Assembly (NCBI GenBank): GCA_030704615.1
Contig: CM060732.1
Location: 17,236,001 to 17,300,000, forward strand
Direction of reading: 5' to 3'
Length of the DNA: 64,000 nt
Origin: Takakia lepidozioides
Lineage: Eukaryota > Plantae > Bryophyta
Numbering within the stretch: the stretch's first letter is position 1; the number at the start of each line of letters is the position of its first letter. Under the pieces are notes generated by a model. That model ran no database searches. It was not told the origin of the DNA and worked only from the letters and a program-made list of their open reading frames with translations. Below are positions 13,617 to 26,989 of the stretch, one piece after another. Position numbers and translations under genes: made by a program.

Positions 13617-14979
13617 GGTATTTGCAGGATTGGGTGTCTCAGTTTCTGCGTAACATGGCAGTTTCTACAGTGACCTCCCTCCATGGTTTCACTTATAATT
13701 TCTTAACAACTCAATAGTTCACCTAATTTTATATGGTGTAAGATTCTTAACCACCATAAAAATATGTACCAATTGTTAGATTAAGAAAAAAACCTGCTGA
13801 TGGAGAGCTATGGACTTTCAAAATAGAAAACTGTGGACTACAGATGTTACAGTACAAAATGTTATGGACTAAATAAACATAATGTACACTCATGCAAAGA
13901 TGTAAAGGAAAACATCCTAGCCATTTTTGAAACCAACTCAAATCCATTTTCATATGGACAAATAGCATCGGGAATTAATAGCTATGGACTTTTTTATGCC
14001 TGAAAAATAGGGCAATTTAGCCTAGTCCATACTATCTTCATTTTGTGCTTTTTGGGGTATCACCCTTTTCTAAAGAGACGTAGAATCAACTATTCCAAAA
14101 GTGCCAGGTGTCAAATGGACTAGTTTGTTGAAAAACCGCGGTACAACTACACACAGATGCCACATAGGCAATGACGTCTCGGTTTTCAATTTTTATATTT
14201 TTATTATTTTTATTTTTCGTATTTCGCGCAAAACCCAATTTTGAAAATGTGCTGCCTATCGCGATTTGCGCGCACACTTGCTCTTTTGTCTTCCCGTTTC
14301 TCTAATCATGGACGCTTCTGTGTTTCAGTGAGCTGTGTGGTTATTTGCAATGAGAATCTATGGTAGTGACTACGAATACCTAAGCTCTTAGGATGTAAAA
14401 CTTGAAGTTTTGAGCTTTGCAGTGAATAGATGTGTGTGGCTCTCATTCCAGTACGCCTTTCCACCCCAAGCCGACATTTGTAGTTGAGCCTTTGTCGTGG
14501 TTCTGCGTAAACCAGGCCCCATGCCTGGCGATATCCTTTTGCATAACGTTTACATCCATGGGGCGTGCAGATGGTGCCCGTGTGTGTGGAAATGACGAGC
14601 TCAGTTTTTGATGATTGGGTGTTGTGTGTGAGAGTTGGTGGGGGAGACCCTAAAACTTACTTGCATGTTGGTGGTTGGTGGATTCTCCAAGATGGCCCTG
14701 CGCATGGACATTTTCATTCGCATCAACATGATGGGCTTGAGATTTGGCTATCACGGGCATTCAGCTCTTGCAACAAATGCTTTCCCTCCTTATACTGAAT
14801 ACCTTCGTTCGTGCATTGTTTGTCAAGTACGTGGTGGAGTTGGATTCACAGCGTGGGGAGGCAAGCCGAGAGTGGGGAGTCAAGCCGACAGGCTAGGCTT
14901 CCTCAATCATTCACGTGTAGAATGTTTTAAACCTAATTTGTCCTTTCATTGTATGTTTTCTAAGTTCTTCACAACGCGG

Positions 14980-16877
14980 CGGTGCGCACACGAGACGTGG
15001 GCCTAGAGAAAGAGAAAGGGCTAGACGTGCATTGAGAGATGAGGTACTTGAACGCGTCCGCCGATCTAGAGCGAGGAACAAAGAGTCACATGCCCAGAAT
15101 GTTTCGCACACTGTAGGTGACTTGGAGCAAAACACAGAGGAAGTTGTAAGGGATCGAGAGATTAGAAGGGCCTGCCATACGATTGTGACATGCATTTGTA
15201 ACACGTTGAAAGTGTTCCCGGGACCTTCAAGCAAACGACACATCATGGAGAAGGTCATTTCGCACCCTTCACTCATCCCTGTGATGCCACTTGCTTTGCA
15301 AGATGGAAAGACCATTATTGCTCAACAACAGATCATCGATGGACTGACAAAATCGCTGGCTGAGATTAAAAACCCTAACTCCGCAGGCAAATTAGCGAGC
15401 AAGCATGCGCTACTAATAGCAGTGGTTAACAATGGGTGTGGTTCCTCGTATAGATATCTCTATTAGGTGTTCATCCCCGTAATATAAGCGCGGCAGTAGC
15501 ACGCCGCGAGGATATGGCATCTGCTCGTGAAGGATTCATGTGGAGTTTGTCTATAAGGAAGACGAGACGTGATACAATTTCAGTTGCAACGAGGGATGTT
15601 GTGGTCTCTTGGTGGGTGTCCCAAACACGAGTCAGTCCTAATGCAAAAGATGTCACTCGGAAGCGTCTCACTGCGTTTCAGTACGATGTAAAGCCTACAC
15701 ACTACTTGATGGAGCCTCAGGTACAACTCTACATGTCTTCTCACTGTATGGGAATGTCTTTGAATTGTCTATGTTCTTATGGAATGCTCGGAGGTTGACA
15801 CTGACATGCCATAGACATCCCATGAGCTCTACAGCAAGGTACATTGGAAATGTGGAGTCTTGTGGGTTGAATGTGGAGTCCCCTGGATTCAACGTCAGGT
15901 TGTGGAGTGCCAGTCCATGATTTGTTTGTCGGTTGCAATTGTAGCGGAATGTTGTGGATTATTTGTGAAGTCTTGTGGAAACAATGACTGGTTTGTGGAC
16001 TTGTGAGTTACTTTGTGCTGACCATGCCGCTATTCATGGACTCACCATAGACTTCTGTGGATAGTAGGACATGTTGTGGACTAGTAGACAATACTGTCTT
16101 AGTGCATATACAGTTTCATACTCTGCTAGCTCGTTGCAAGAATGTTTTTCATGACATTTTGGGATTGACAAGTGCCTTTCTTGTGCAGATGGATTTCTTT
16201 TAACGATTCCAAAGAGCACACCCTTGACATCATAATTGGAAGAAAGTCATTTGATGCATTAAAACCATTCTTTGTAAAGAGAATGAAAAACAGGAATGTG
16301 TGTTGCTGCATTTATCATGTGGAAATGAAAGAGTTGCGAGTGGGCTTCAGTAGGTATCCATTGTAATGGATCATGTGATTGTGAATGTGAATATATATGT
16401 CAGCCGGATGTTGTACAGGGCTGCAGAGGTGCTCTATATACTTTTTCAAGGGTTACTCATATGTGGGAGTCAGTGGTATGCCCAAAAGATGAGTATAGTG
16501 ATTGGCACAGGAAAGAGTGCATGTATGGAGAGTGCCAAGCTTTTGGTGTTGAAAACCTATCTCTGTGCCCTCTTGAGGATGATGATTCATCAGAGCACCT
16601 AGTGCAGTGGAGGCACTTCTCTTTACAAACAATCTTGACAAAGAAAGGAGAAGAAAGAAAGAAACTCACCCTCCTCTACAAGCGGACTCCACCTCACGAG
16701 CTTATTCGGTATTTGAAGCCTAAACTTCAGTTCTTCATCCGTCATAATTTTGTTGCTCAGTGGGAAGACAGACAGTTCAAGGAGTGCTTGAAGAATTTTC
16801 CTGCTGACGTGTTGGTCGATTTTGCGGAAAATTACAGTTTTGAAATTCAGAATGAAATGCAAAGCATGCACTGGCAT
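14980..16877 (+). pseudogene. Sola-like (probably Sola2) transposase, 5' part
   Basis: RNVCCCIYHVEM, VVCPK..WHRKECMYGEC, and VDFAENYSFEIQNEMQSMHWH. Intron-like gaps and frameshifts. Superfamily assigned from recalled motifs. Confidence 0.7.
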
Positions 16878-17040
16878 GAGGTCAACCCCCACATCTGAAG
16901 CCATACCCAAATATGACACCGAAACAGGACTGTAGGTTAGTTTTCCCACTATCTACTCATGGTTTAAAACTGAAAAATGCAGTAAGCAAGAATTTGATAA
17001 GGAAACGATCCTTCATCACTCAAATACTGATTGCTACCTA

Positions 17041-17427
17041 TGGTAGCTTTCCTGAGCTAGAGCTTGAGTCAACCGCGTAATCTCCCAAATCCCAATGCCA
17101 AAACCATGCAGCCAGTGCCCTAATGTCAACTAGAAATTAGTTTCACCATCTTGGCTCGTAATCAATCACTACAGGCTGCCCGCAGCAACTAAGTATCAAG
17201 AATGAAAAGAACAGCTGCCTCACTAGATGGAAACCCATCTTCAAGGAATCAAAACATAACCCATGGATCAGTCTCCCTTGCTTCAGTTCATAGTTAATTG
17301 CTGCAGACCAACCAGCCCATCTACCGAGAGTATAGCCGCACCAAGGATGATTGACCTAAAGTGAAGATGCCCCAAATTAGTGACATAATACCCATGGAAT
17401 CGACCAGCCATCAACCACAAGTTGCAG
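17041..17427. repeat. Locally duplicated segment (degenerate PPR-like sequence on minus strand); serves as the empty site for element A and the Gypsy LTR
   Basis: Near-identical to 22266-22418 joined to 36571-36809. Minus strand includes ELKQGRLIHGL and TLGHWLHGF, which resemble PPR L-motifs. Confidence 0.85.
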
Positions 17428-18388
17428 CACTTAGACCTGAATGCCCATCATCATCAATTACCCCAAACAACCACCTTCATCTTCCTTCAATAACAGTTAT
17501 CATCTCAGGTTCACACCGCACCATGGAGCCTCCTTCTCACCATCAAATCGACTACGTCCTCCGAACCTCTCTCTCAACTATCTTATCTCCCACTACAATG
17601 CCAAAGAAAAAAAGTCTAGATTGCCTGAAGCACCAGGTTTAAATCCTATCCAACATCTACCCTGCCGCCGCCAAAGCTTCCCGCCATGCCTGGGATTCTT
17701 CGCCTCCATATCTAAAAAGCTGCAGAAGCTACGAAGAATCAAACTTATCTCATAACTCAGCCGAAACTACATAAAAGCTACGAGCTGCCAGGCATCAATT
17801 GCATACCAGTCCATTGCTTACATCAAACCTGGATTTTGTTGCATGTCACCCCAGTCCCCCTTTCCAATAAGACAGGCCCTGCAGCAAATGATGACCTGAG
17901 AGGCAAAGCTCTTTGTTGGTACAATTGTGTGAACCAACAATGCAGCTGCACCCAAGTGGGGCTTGAACCCACTCGCATGCCCAACTATTTCCAGCTTGCA
18001 TGTGGGTGAAAGGTGCACGGAGCAAACTGCAAGTACTATGGTCTACTGCTCGCCAAGGCCATGGTACTTGCCCCCCCTATAACATGCAAAGTATGGATGC
18101 AATGGAAATGCCCACCCCCCCCCCCAACAAAATCCCACAATGCAGAATGTATGCAAGGAACGTCTTGTATCTTATGTAGCTAGTCGTTGCCAGAATCCAA
18201 AGCTGCAATTGCAGCCCTTATCCCTTCTTCACATATTCAGGCAATTTGTAAACCGGATCATTCCCTACAACCCTGTAGTCGCATGGCAGCATAGGAAACT
18301 TGATGGCACGCACATGTTCAGAGTGCAGAAAGACCACTTGTGATTTTTTCAGAAATACATACGTGTCTTCCGCTCTCCCCCACTTCTG

Positions 18389-19383
18389 CTAATACTTTCC
18401 TGCAATTACCATGTCTCCTTCTACAAACGAAGTGCCCCATGCATCAGTGAATGGCTTCTTCACTGCATGGAGAGCCCAACTACAACAAATGATGTAAAAG
18501 TCTACCTGTTCATCATTGTTTTCCTCAACATTGACTGCGAAATTGTCTCCAATTTCAATGAGGGATGCCAAATAATCACCATTGATGCCAAACTGGTCCC
18601 AATCCTCATCTGCATCTTTCTCCATGGCATGCTGACATTTGCGGTGTTCTTCAGGGTCAAGATCTGCAACTCCCATTCACCAGTCCATGCAGCATTCTCA
18701 CAATTGTTCCATGCTGAGTCAATACAGAAACAACAGAAGCAAGCCAACCCTTTTATCATGAGTTTGTTAGTATCGCGACTGGAAACAGATCTGACTGAAT
18801 GTAGTTTCTTGATTCCCTTGATAACATCACAGTCATGCAGTGAACGACGGTTGATATCCTCTTCCTTTACATCCCAGAAAACTCGACGGACATCAGATCT
18901 CTGCCAGTAGGAAGACTCTGGTCTTGAGGATAACCGTTCTCTCAAAAATCTTACAACATCCTCCGCATTTTGCAGCTTCGGGCCTGAGACATCTAGCTGT
19001 GCAGTACGTAGGTATCTTTTGACAACTGCACCTGCTCCATCATGAGGGCCCTTGCCGTGCCCTGTACCAAAGAAGCTCCAAAGCAAAGTGCAACCCCCCG
19101 TGAGATGAGGGTACCTGCTGACAAAATACCATGGCACTTTGGACTTGAATTGAGAAGAACACCCATCACTCCATATCCAATGTTGTGATGGACGAAACAA
19201 GGTAGTGGTCACATGCTGCCAATGCAGCTGCAAGCAATGTTGAACAAAGTAGTTGTCATGTGTTTTGTCGTCCGAGATAAAGAAATGGTATTCCATCAAG
19301 CTATCAGAGCCAAGGCCACTCAAACTTGGGTTAGGATTTCGACGCCAGGTTATTAAGACCAAGATTGTAATCTGGTAAGAATG
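18389..19383 (-). pseudogene. Sola-like transposase, 3' part (inverted)
   Basis: HSYQITILV, FISDDKTHD, WIWSDGCSSQFKSK, FFGTGHGKGPHDGAGAVVKR, CFCCFC. Confidence 0.75.
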
Positions 19384-19470
19384 TATGCACAGCAGGGATG
19401 TGGGATGGTGGCTTTGGAGACCTATGATCAAATGATGGGGGAAGGGGTGAAGCCTGCTCATGTAGATTGG
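19381..19470 (+). pseudogene. PLS-class PPR motif fragment
   Basis: Reads MYAQQGCGMVALETYDQMMGEGVKPAHV, matching the P-motif pattern GYAQHG..EAL..F.QM..EGVKP. Confidence 0.6.
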
Positions 19471-19952
19471 GTGTCTTGGAATATTTAGAGGTTTACTATT
19501 TCGTGAGCCCATGAGCCTATGAGCCTATGAGCTCATGAGCAGGCATCCGCGGAATTGGAATTTTCGTGCCTTTATTGACGGTGTTATGTCCTCTTACCTC
19601 GATAATAGGGTCTGTTTCTCTTGGTCCAGGATGCGGAATGAGGTATTTCGGCGCCGTTATTCCACTCACCACTGTAAAACATTGTGCAGGACAGGAAAGA
19701 GACACAAAATTGTAGCCCTCACAAGCCATTGTGCTGACAAGGTAATATATTTAGGTAAGACGACAGTTGAATTTGCAAACCCCATTTAACTCAACATCAA
19801 GCCCACATTGACATGACGCTCGAAATAAAAACATCAGGCAACCACAAGTTTTTATTTTGTACAGCGACTACTCCGAGCTTCCATCATCAGAAATACCAGT
19901 GCGACATAAGATACCTGTGGAACTACCATATCCCGGAGCCTGTGCCCTCCAA

Positions 19953-20525
19953 TCACCCTCCACAATGATCATTACCGCGCGCTGCTGCTGCTGCATTGAC
20001 ATCCACAACACGAACCACCGAGTTGTCGAACCACAGGTCCAGAATTAGGAGTGGTGCGGTAGTCGTCCACTGCGCATTGCCGTTTTCTGGATTAAGATGG
20101 CGAACATAAAGATACAAGATATCTATAGAGGTCACGTTCGTGAAAACATGCAGATATTGGAGGCCTCCTATTGGGACCTCCTCCACAGCGTCGTGAAATT
20201 CACAAACATCTAGGACAAACCTGTTCCGATTCTCCCTTAGTGTCAACAATATATTCCCTGGCCCAGAAGAGTGAGTGAGCAACTCAAGAGCCCTATCCGG
20301 GAGCAAATACTGTGGAGGTGCAGTATAGTTATGGTAGTAAGACCTCCACAACTCGCCGCAGCAACATCTCATGATGAAGAGACGAACACTCCGTCTTCCA
20401 GGTCTATCTCGCACAACAAGTATCCACTGTTGTCCACTGGCAGGCCTCACCCAAAGAGAATCCCACAGAAGTGCTCGGAAACTCGTCACCCTGCGTGTAC
20501 CTTCATTGAAATCCAACTCCACCAT
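19953..20525 (-). CDS. Hypothetical 190-aa protein inside element G
   Basis: Uninterrupted ATG-initiated ORF. No recognisable motif. Confidence 0.4.
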   Translation of the reverse strand: MVELDFNEGTRRVTSFRALLWDSLWVRPASGQQWILVVRDRPGRRSVRLFIMRCCCGELWRSYYHNYTAPPQYLLPDRALELLTHSSGPGNILLTLRENRNRFVLDVCEFHDAVEEVPIGGLQYLHVFTNVTSIDILYLYVRHLNPENGNAQWTTTAPLLILDLWFDNSVVRVVDVNAAAAARGNDHCGG

Positions 20526-21414
20526 AATGTCTCACTTCACCGGCTCACGCAATCGCGATCCTCGAATCCCGCTCCGTCGAATGCAGAAGGCACTTACACA
20601 GGGCGGCATTGAGGAAGTGTGCGCCCACCGGGAATGGAGAGGGACAAGTAATCACTGTTGTTTTTCAACACGGAGATGCAAACATTGAAAACCCAATGCG
20701 GAAAACCTTCTCAGGTGATCTTCTCTGGGGCAACGGCAATACGTGCCCCATTGGCCAGCAACGGCTACCCACACAGGCGATCGAAAATGACTGGGGCTAG
20801 AAGGGGCTTGACAGAGAAGGTGCCACGACATTACGGGAAGAAATTGTGCTAAAACCACCGCCGTCCTAAAACCACTGACCTTGGTATTTCGGCGCCGAAA
20901 TTCCCAAGAGCAGTGTGCTAAAGTGGTGTTTTGAAGACATCCACCGGAGTATTTCGGCGCCAAAATTTCCTTTTGAAATGTGATATAGTGTCGTATTTTA
21001 TGGCGCAGAGCGGGCTATTTCGGCGCCGAAATACCCAAGTGGAATGTGCTGAAGTGCCTTGTGCTAAAGGCTTCCATCTTGATATTTTGGTGCAGTAATT
21101 CCTTCGTGGAATTTTATAAGGCCCATATTATGAAGGCGCACACTGGGCTATTTCAGCGCCGAAATTCCCAATAGGAATGTTAGAAACGGCAGGGTTTTCA
21201 TGGCTTCAAGTTCGCGGTTTGCTGGTGTGCATAAATTACTTGTAGGGTTCTTTACTTAAGTTTGCGTCTCTTCTGCTTTTATTATTACATTGTGGTTGGC
21301 GGAAGAAATGTAGGGAATCGGACATGCAGTTTGAACACAATGATTTTTGAAATCGTCAATATTTTCATTAAGTGTTTCAGAGCTGTACAACAAAAGGATC
21401 CAAATGAGACTTTG

Positions 21415-22266
21415 CTATGGTGAGGATCCGCGATCACTGTCCGATGCATCCCCGGCCTCATGCAAGGATGGTTGCCTTCCACCTGCCTCCAAACCTACAC
21501 TGTCGCTACCGCTGTTACTCTGAGAAGCCCTCCCCTCAAAAATACCATCCTCACCAGCTGGAACTGTCCACCTGGGTGCGGAACTGTCCTCATCATCCCC
21601 CTCGCTCTCGGACGCGGATTCTATGACGAACTTGCCTACTCTGTCTTTCACAATTCCATGTTTGGCCTCACGCCTCATTATAATTCTCCGCTCATTTCCA
21701 AATATCAATTGCTCAAACCGAGTAGGCCTATCCTACCTCCTGATGGCTTCTCTGGCAGCCGTGTCTGCATAGGCTGGTAGAAAAAGGGGCTTCTGGGGAC
21801 TCGCGAGAAACGATTTTCTGGCAAAGAATGGCCGATGCGATTCTGTCTCCTCCTCTGCAACAGGGTCCGATTCGGGCAAGTCTCCCAGCATTTCCTCGTC
21901 GGACGACTCTGCAAGGCTGAGTGTACGCACAAACACAGAATGAAGCACATTAGAGCATTCAAACAGGGAATCATCGGCAGGTTGCATGGTCCCTACAACC
22001 GAAACCAATACACTTACTATGGTGCAACTCACTCGAAGACAGGCATTGGAGGAAGCGGCTTCGGGCGCCCCTGCATCGTACGAATTTCCTAGACTTCTTC
22101 CTCTTCCTCTTCCTTGTCCCCTTCCACGTCCTCTTCTGCGTTTTTGGGATCCTCAGTCGGAGGCAGACGCTGTAGGCCCGCCAAATTGAAATCGTACAAG
22201 GCCGTATCCCCCTCAAATGAGAACACAAATCGGTTGGACATCCTTCCAGCCCACATACAGGCACCT
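21415..22266 (-). pseudogene. 3' exons of a diverged ParB-MTase-like accessory gene
   Basis: GACMWAGRMSNRFVFSFEGDTALY compares with GASMWAGTLSDRHVFAFEPDTALH in A. PFFARK..SP...LPAYA...AIRR and FVIESASES compare with A 35930-36170. Confidence 0.8.
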
Positions 22267-22689
22267 GGTAGCTTTCCTGAGCTAGAGCTTGAGTCAACCG
22301 TGTAATCTCCCAAATCCCAATGCCAAAACCATGCAGCCAGTGCCCTAATGTCAACTAGAAATTAGTTTCACCATCTTGACTCGTAATCAATCACTACAGG
22401 CTGCCCGCAGCAACTAAGGAGGTTTGCTATTTCATGAGCATGAGCGGCATGAGCGGCATGAGCGGCATGAGCAGTAGTACACAATCGGTTTTCATGAGCA
22501 GAAGTACAAATTTCGAAAATAAAAAACAATAAAAAACAATAAAAAATAAAAAAAAACAATAATTTAATGCAATGTGTCAGAAAAAACAAATATATTATTC
22601 GGCCCCTTGAAGGGAAAATTGCACTTTTGACAGTTGTGCTCATGATATTTTGTCTTCCGCTCATGCCAATTCCTAGCGACATGTGCAAA

Positions 22690-23050
22690 TATGGCGCCGA
22701 ATTTCGCGGTAATAGGGTCCGTAACCTGAAAAAACGGCGACGTATTTCGCGGCAATAGGTCTCTCTGGCGAAAAATGGTGCCGAATTCCGCGGCTATAGG
22801 TCCCCTCATGACAGGTAATTCGGCGCCATTTTTCCAGTGCATGTTCGGACTTAGCCAGTTTTCGGCCCAAAAAAGAGAAATTCGGCGCCATTTTTCCAGA
22901 CACGGTACCAGTGCATGTTGGGACTTAGCCAGTTTTCGGCCCCAAAAAGAGAAATTCGGCGCCATTTTCCCAAACACAGGTACCAGTGCATGTTGGGACT
23001 TAGCGAATTTTTCGGCCCCAAAAGAGAATTCGGCGCCATTTTTCCAGAAA
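22690..23050. repeat. Left subterminal repeats of A (~72-bp units)
   Basis: Repeated AATTCGGCGCCATTTT and GGACTTAGCCAGTTTTCGGCCC, plus CGCGGNAATAGG motifs. Confidence 0.85.
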
Positions 23051-23219
23051 TGGCCCCAACTGCTTCTGTTGGATCTCAGTTTGAATGGAATATTGCCTCA
23101 TTCCAGGAGTTTTGGGGTGCATTTCATTACACTGCAAAAAAAAAGTCTGATACAGCAAAATGCATTTGAAAATATCCATATGGAGGATTCCGTTTGCCCC
23201 ATCAATGATTTCTGGAATC

Positions 23220-26200
23220 CCTAAGAGGAGTTTGTGCAGCTCGTTCACGCTCAACGCCGGTGCATGAATAAAGTCATCAATAGTCACGTTCATCCTCAAA
23301 CTCTTCAGGTAAATGTAATACAGATGCTTGCACGGATAATACTTCGAACCCTTCTTTGCTTCCATCAACGAGAAGTCCGTACAGTTGCAAGTCGGCTCCA
23401 CTCCAATCGTAATTGTGTATACATCGTCGCGTACAGCCGAGCCGGCCGTTGCCATCCGATACACACGCCCAAGGCCGGGTGGGGGTACGTCCACGGAGCT
23501 CTGAATAGTGCAAGCCATCCCAAGAGCATTGGCAATCCGAGTCTCATTCAACTTGTTGGGAGGGTGTCGTCTCTTCACTCTTCCGAATCGCATTGTGGGA
23601 TGTGCAGAATTGTCCAATCCGTCTCTACTGGACCGAGCAGTATGCAATGGCTGGGTCTGAGGAACCGGAAATGCGTGGGCCGGGATGTCTGTGCGTTGCA
23701 CCATTCGAAATCCTGCTGCAGATAGAGCATCCGCCTCATTCTGAGAGAGGCTGCAACCCGGTGCAACAGGCCAGACGCCCGGAGGCTCCGGCATTCCCTG
23801 AATCCCGTACTTGGGCTTGCCAAACACACAGGTCATTATGTCGTGCCTACAGAACCAAAATGTCTGCGTTGTGGCGTGAGCAAATGTGGGAGTCAAAAAT
23901 CTGCCGCTGAAACAAGGTGCAGGTACAGCACCGTGTGGGTTCCTCCGAATCATCTCACCACAGCGTGCTCTCGTATCCACCCGGATGGCGCAACACTTCC
24001 CTCGAAATGCCGGCAATGTCCTCGCAATTCTCCACTGTGACTCCGACACTCTTGTCTCCACAATGGGAATGTTGTATTGCTTTACTACAGATGGCTCGTT
24101 ATGTTGCCGGGGCACGCGCCCTGTGCTCAAAGGAGATGGCGATCTTGAACGTGCAGGACTTCCGGTGCTCGACGAGACCTCCTCGGACAACATCACCGGA
24201 CCACGAGGGAGCGTGCGAATATTCTTGTCAGCTCGCCATGAATCCTCTTCTCCGCCAGGTGCCTCGTCAAGTCTTCGTCTCACTGGACGGGTATGAACAT
24301 CTCCTTCCAAATGTTGGCCTCTTCGCAGCAATGGCGTGTCCCGAAGGCCCTCTCGCAAGGCCGCCGCCCACTTCCGAGGATTCTTCGATCTGGAGGCAGT
24401 CCGCATCAGCATTTCCTGCCTGTCCGGCCCAAGCCCCACTTTTCCCTTTCAAGAACTCGTTGTACCTGCATTGCTGCATAATTGACCTCACAATGTCCTC
24501 CGTTGTGGCAGTGAGGATGTCCACCAGATGCGCCGCAGAGGAGGCACGCCAGGAAGAGTGCACTGATTCGGCCATGTTTGTCGTGGCATGTCGGTGTCGG
24601 AGTCGAGACACATTTCCTGCACAAGCACATGTTGAGGTTACAAGCAAGTTACAAATATGGCCAAGAATAATATCCAACGGGACGCGAATTCGTGCAACTC
24701 ACCTCCCGCATATAGTCGCCGAACTGGAGGAAACGATAATGCCACCATGCTAGCCAACTGACCATTGCTCCTTCGTCTGATTTCCTTACAGCACCTGACG
24801 ATGTCCACCAAGCCCGTATGCATGCAAACTGTGTCTCTGCATCATCCAAGGTGGGCGCGCTTCCACGCAAGGCACATGGAACGGTGCTCCTCTCTGAAAT
24901 CTGGCGCCACGAGCCTGGTTGTGTACTGCGAAAGGCTCTGCAGAAAGTGGAACCCACAAGATCTCTCCTTGCCTTCCATGGGAACATTGGGGTCTTGCCC
25001 GTACACCCTTCGGATGGCAGCCCAATTTGCTTGTGCGTTGTCCGCCATGAAACCACGGAAATTGGGAGGGGGCAATCCCGCCTTGGCCATCTGTCGTTTA
25101 TTATTCCCTGCCAAAGAAGCATCTCCGATTGTGTGTCCTCTCCTTTCATCTCACAAATAGCAATTGTCATTAGCATCCTGCAGTGGGTGTCGTAGACATG
25201 TGCACCCATTGTCACCCACTGGTGATTTGTAATTCGCTTGATATGGTCGAACATGACCCAACTGTTTGACAAGTTCCCACTCGTCATCCTGTCGACCAGT
25301 TCGACGCCACTGCCAGGTCCACACGTGGACATTTTGAATAAAACATCTGCCTCAGTCCCTTGTCCTGGAAACCTACTTCCATGAATGTAGTCATATCCAC
25401 ATCGTCGCTTCACCTCCAGAATGGAGTGCATATCCGAGCCACGCCCAATTTTCTGTTTGCATGAGACAATGTGGTTTCGGACATTCGGTGAACATACGTG
25501 GGACACCGACTCGAGCAATGCCTCCATTTCCTTCTCGTCGAGAGGAACTCTATCGAGCCGTCTTCCGACATAATTCTGGCCAATGCCATCTTATGGGCGG
25601 CTTGGAGCTGTATCTGTTTGGGTTTGGCACCCGGTCTCAACTTAACCTCCTCCTGAACGAGCTGCTCTGCTTCGTGGGCAGCCTCCCGCGAGTTCCCCCT
25701 CGCCAATTTGTGACAATGGGAACCAACGTGTATGCAAGCTCGGGTGAGGTCAGGGAAACGGTGCAACACATAGAACTGCTTGGCATTACAAACAGACATG
25801 CAGTGTGGTGGTTCTTTGCAATGCGCACACTTAAATGTGGAGTTCGGAACCTTCTCCTGAGCTCGAAATGGTTGGTGAGCTGTGCCTGTCCAATCGGTCT
25901 CGTTCCTGTGACCTCTGGATTTAAAGTGGAAGCAAGTTGGGGAGAAACACCGCAACGCGCCCGCACAAACAACGTAGCGCACCCGCACACCATCAAGCAT
26001 CTTCATGCTGGTGGTTTTGGTAACGCACCAAGGATGACCGTCATGTTTTCTATCCATATCTGTCAACATTCCGGACGCCCTCGAGTAGTCCGCCCGAGGA
26101 GGGAACTCAAAGAAGACATTACCGTCGACGTCGGCGGGAAGGCATGTAACCGATTTAATTGCGAACTTGCTGTAGTCCAGCCCGGCCAGCTCCGACCGGT

Positions 26201-26918
26201 GTCCCTCCAGGTGAAGCCCTCGCAGAATTTCTAGAATAGATCGAACTGCGGTGCTCGTGCTGGGAATATGACTCCCTCCTCCACTGACGTCCATTGAGGA
26301 CTTGCCTGATCTCCAGGACGACCTCGGAACTTCCATGACCTCGTCTGAGTCGGACAGGTTGTGAACAACCCGGTTCTCGGTCGTCTTCATGGATGGGTTC
26401 GGCTCTGGATTTATTTACTTCGTTGCGGACTTCTCTCTTTGAGGTACCCACTCTCTGATTCGCGGATTGTTTCGTGGAAGGCGCCAGGATAGACGGTGCA
26501 TTTGGCGGGCAAATGAAGTCCCCAACAGCCCTGTATATGACGCTGTCCGATGGTGGAACTCGCCATTCCCTGCCATCGCCGAAATCATCGTGGAGCACAA
26601 CAATACTCTCGACAAAAGGCCGTTTGAGTCCTTCCTTTCCTCCTCCAAAAAACCGACCCCGGTTTCAGGTGGTATCGAACGCACAGATATTTCTCCATCA
26701 CCCGGCAGGTGTCCCCCTCTGCACGGAAATGAAGCTCTATGCTCGTGAGGAGGGCAGTACACTGTAGCGCTCGGGTTTTCCGCCATGGGAGATGTGCACA
26801 CAAGACTGCCAGGATGGCGTGCGGGGAAGCTCCCTGGTAGAAGGGGGTGCAGCGATGGGAATGAATGCGATGCCGATTTGTCCGAGCGACGAAGCCTGAT
26901 CCAAATCCAGGGAGCCAA
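23220..26918 (-). CDS. MULE-type transposase: GCM-like zinc finger, DDE core, SWIM zinc finger (frameshifted; intron ~24617-24702)
   Basis: HDGHPW..CAGALRC..C..CAHC..C..C..GSHCH (GCM-like). WVMFDH (D1), FMADNAQAN (D2), CGFH (CxxH), TNMAESVH (E), CNCTDF..CKHLY (SWIM). Start and stop approximate. Confidence 0.85.
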
Positions 26919-26989
26919 CTATCTCAAAAATCCACAGTCAGAGTGTTAATGAACCTTGTCTCCGGAATGCGGCCCCTCGTCTTTGCGCA

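Larger units (their letters stand above)
19488..22266. mobile_element. Truncated MULE element G
   Basis: Terminus GAGGTTTACTATTTCGTGAGC at 19488 with ATGAGC repeats. TTTCGGCGCCGAAA-type palindromes at ~19645 and 20885-21165. Carries the 3' end of a ParB-MTase-like gene. Confidence 0.75.

Noticed and set aside
23234-26234. Long plus-strand ORFs (e.g. 23917-24753, 25461-26234)
   Set aside because: Antisense shadows of the GC-rich transposase gene, with no motifs.
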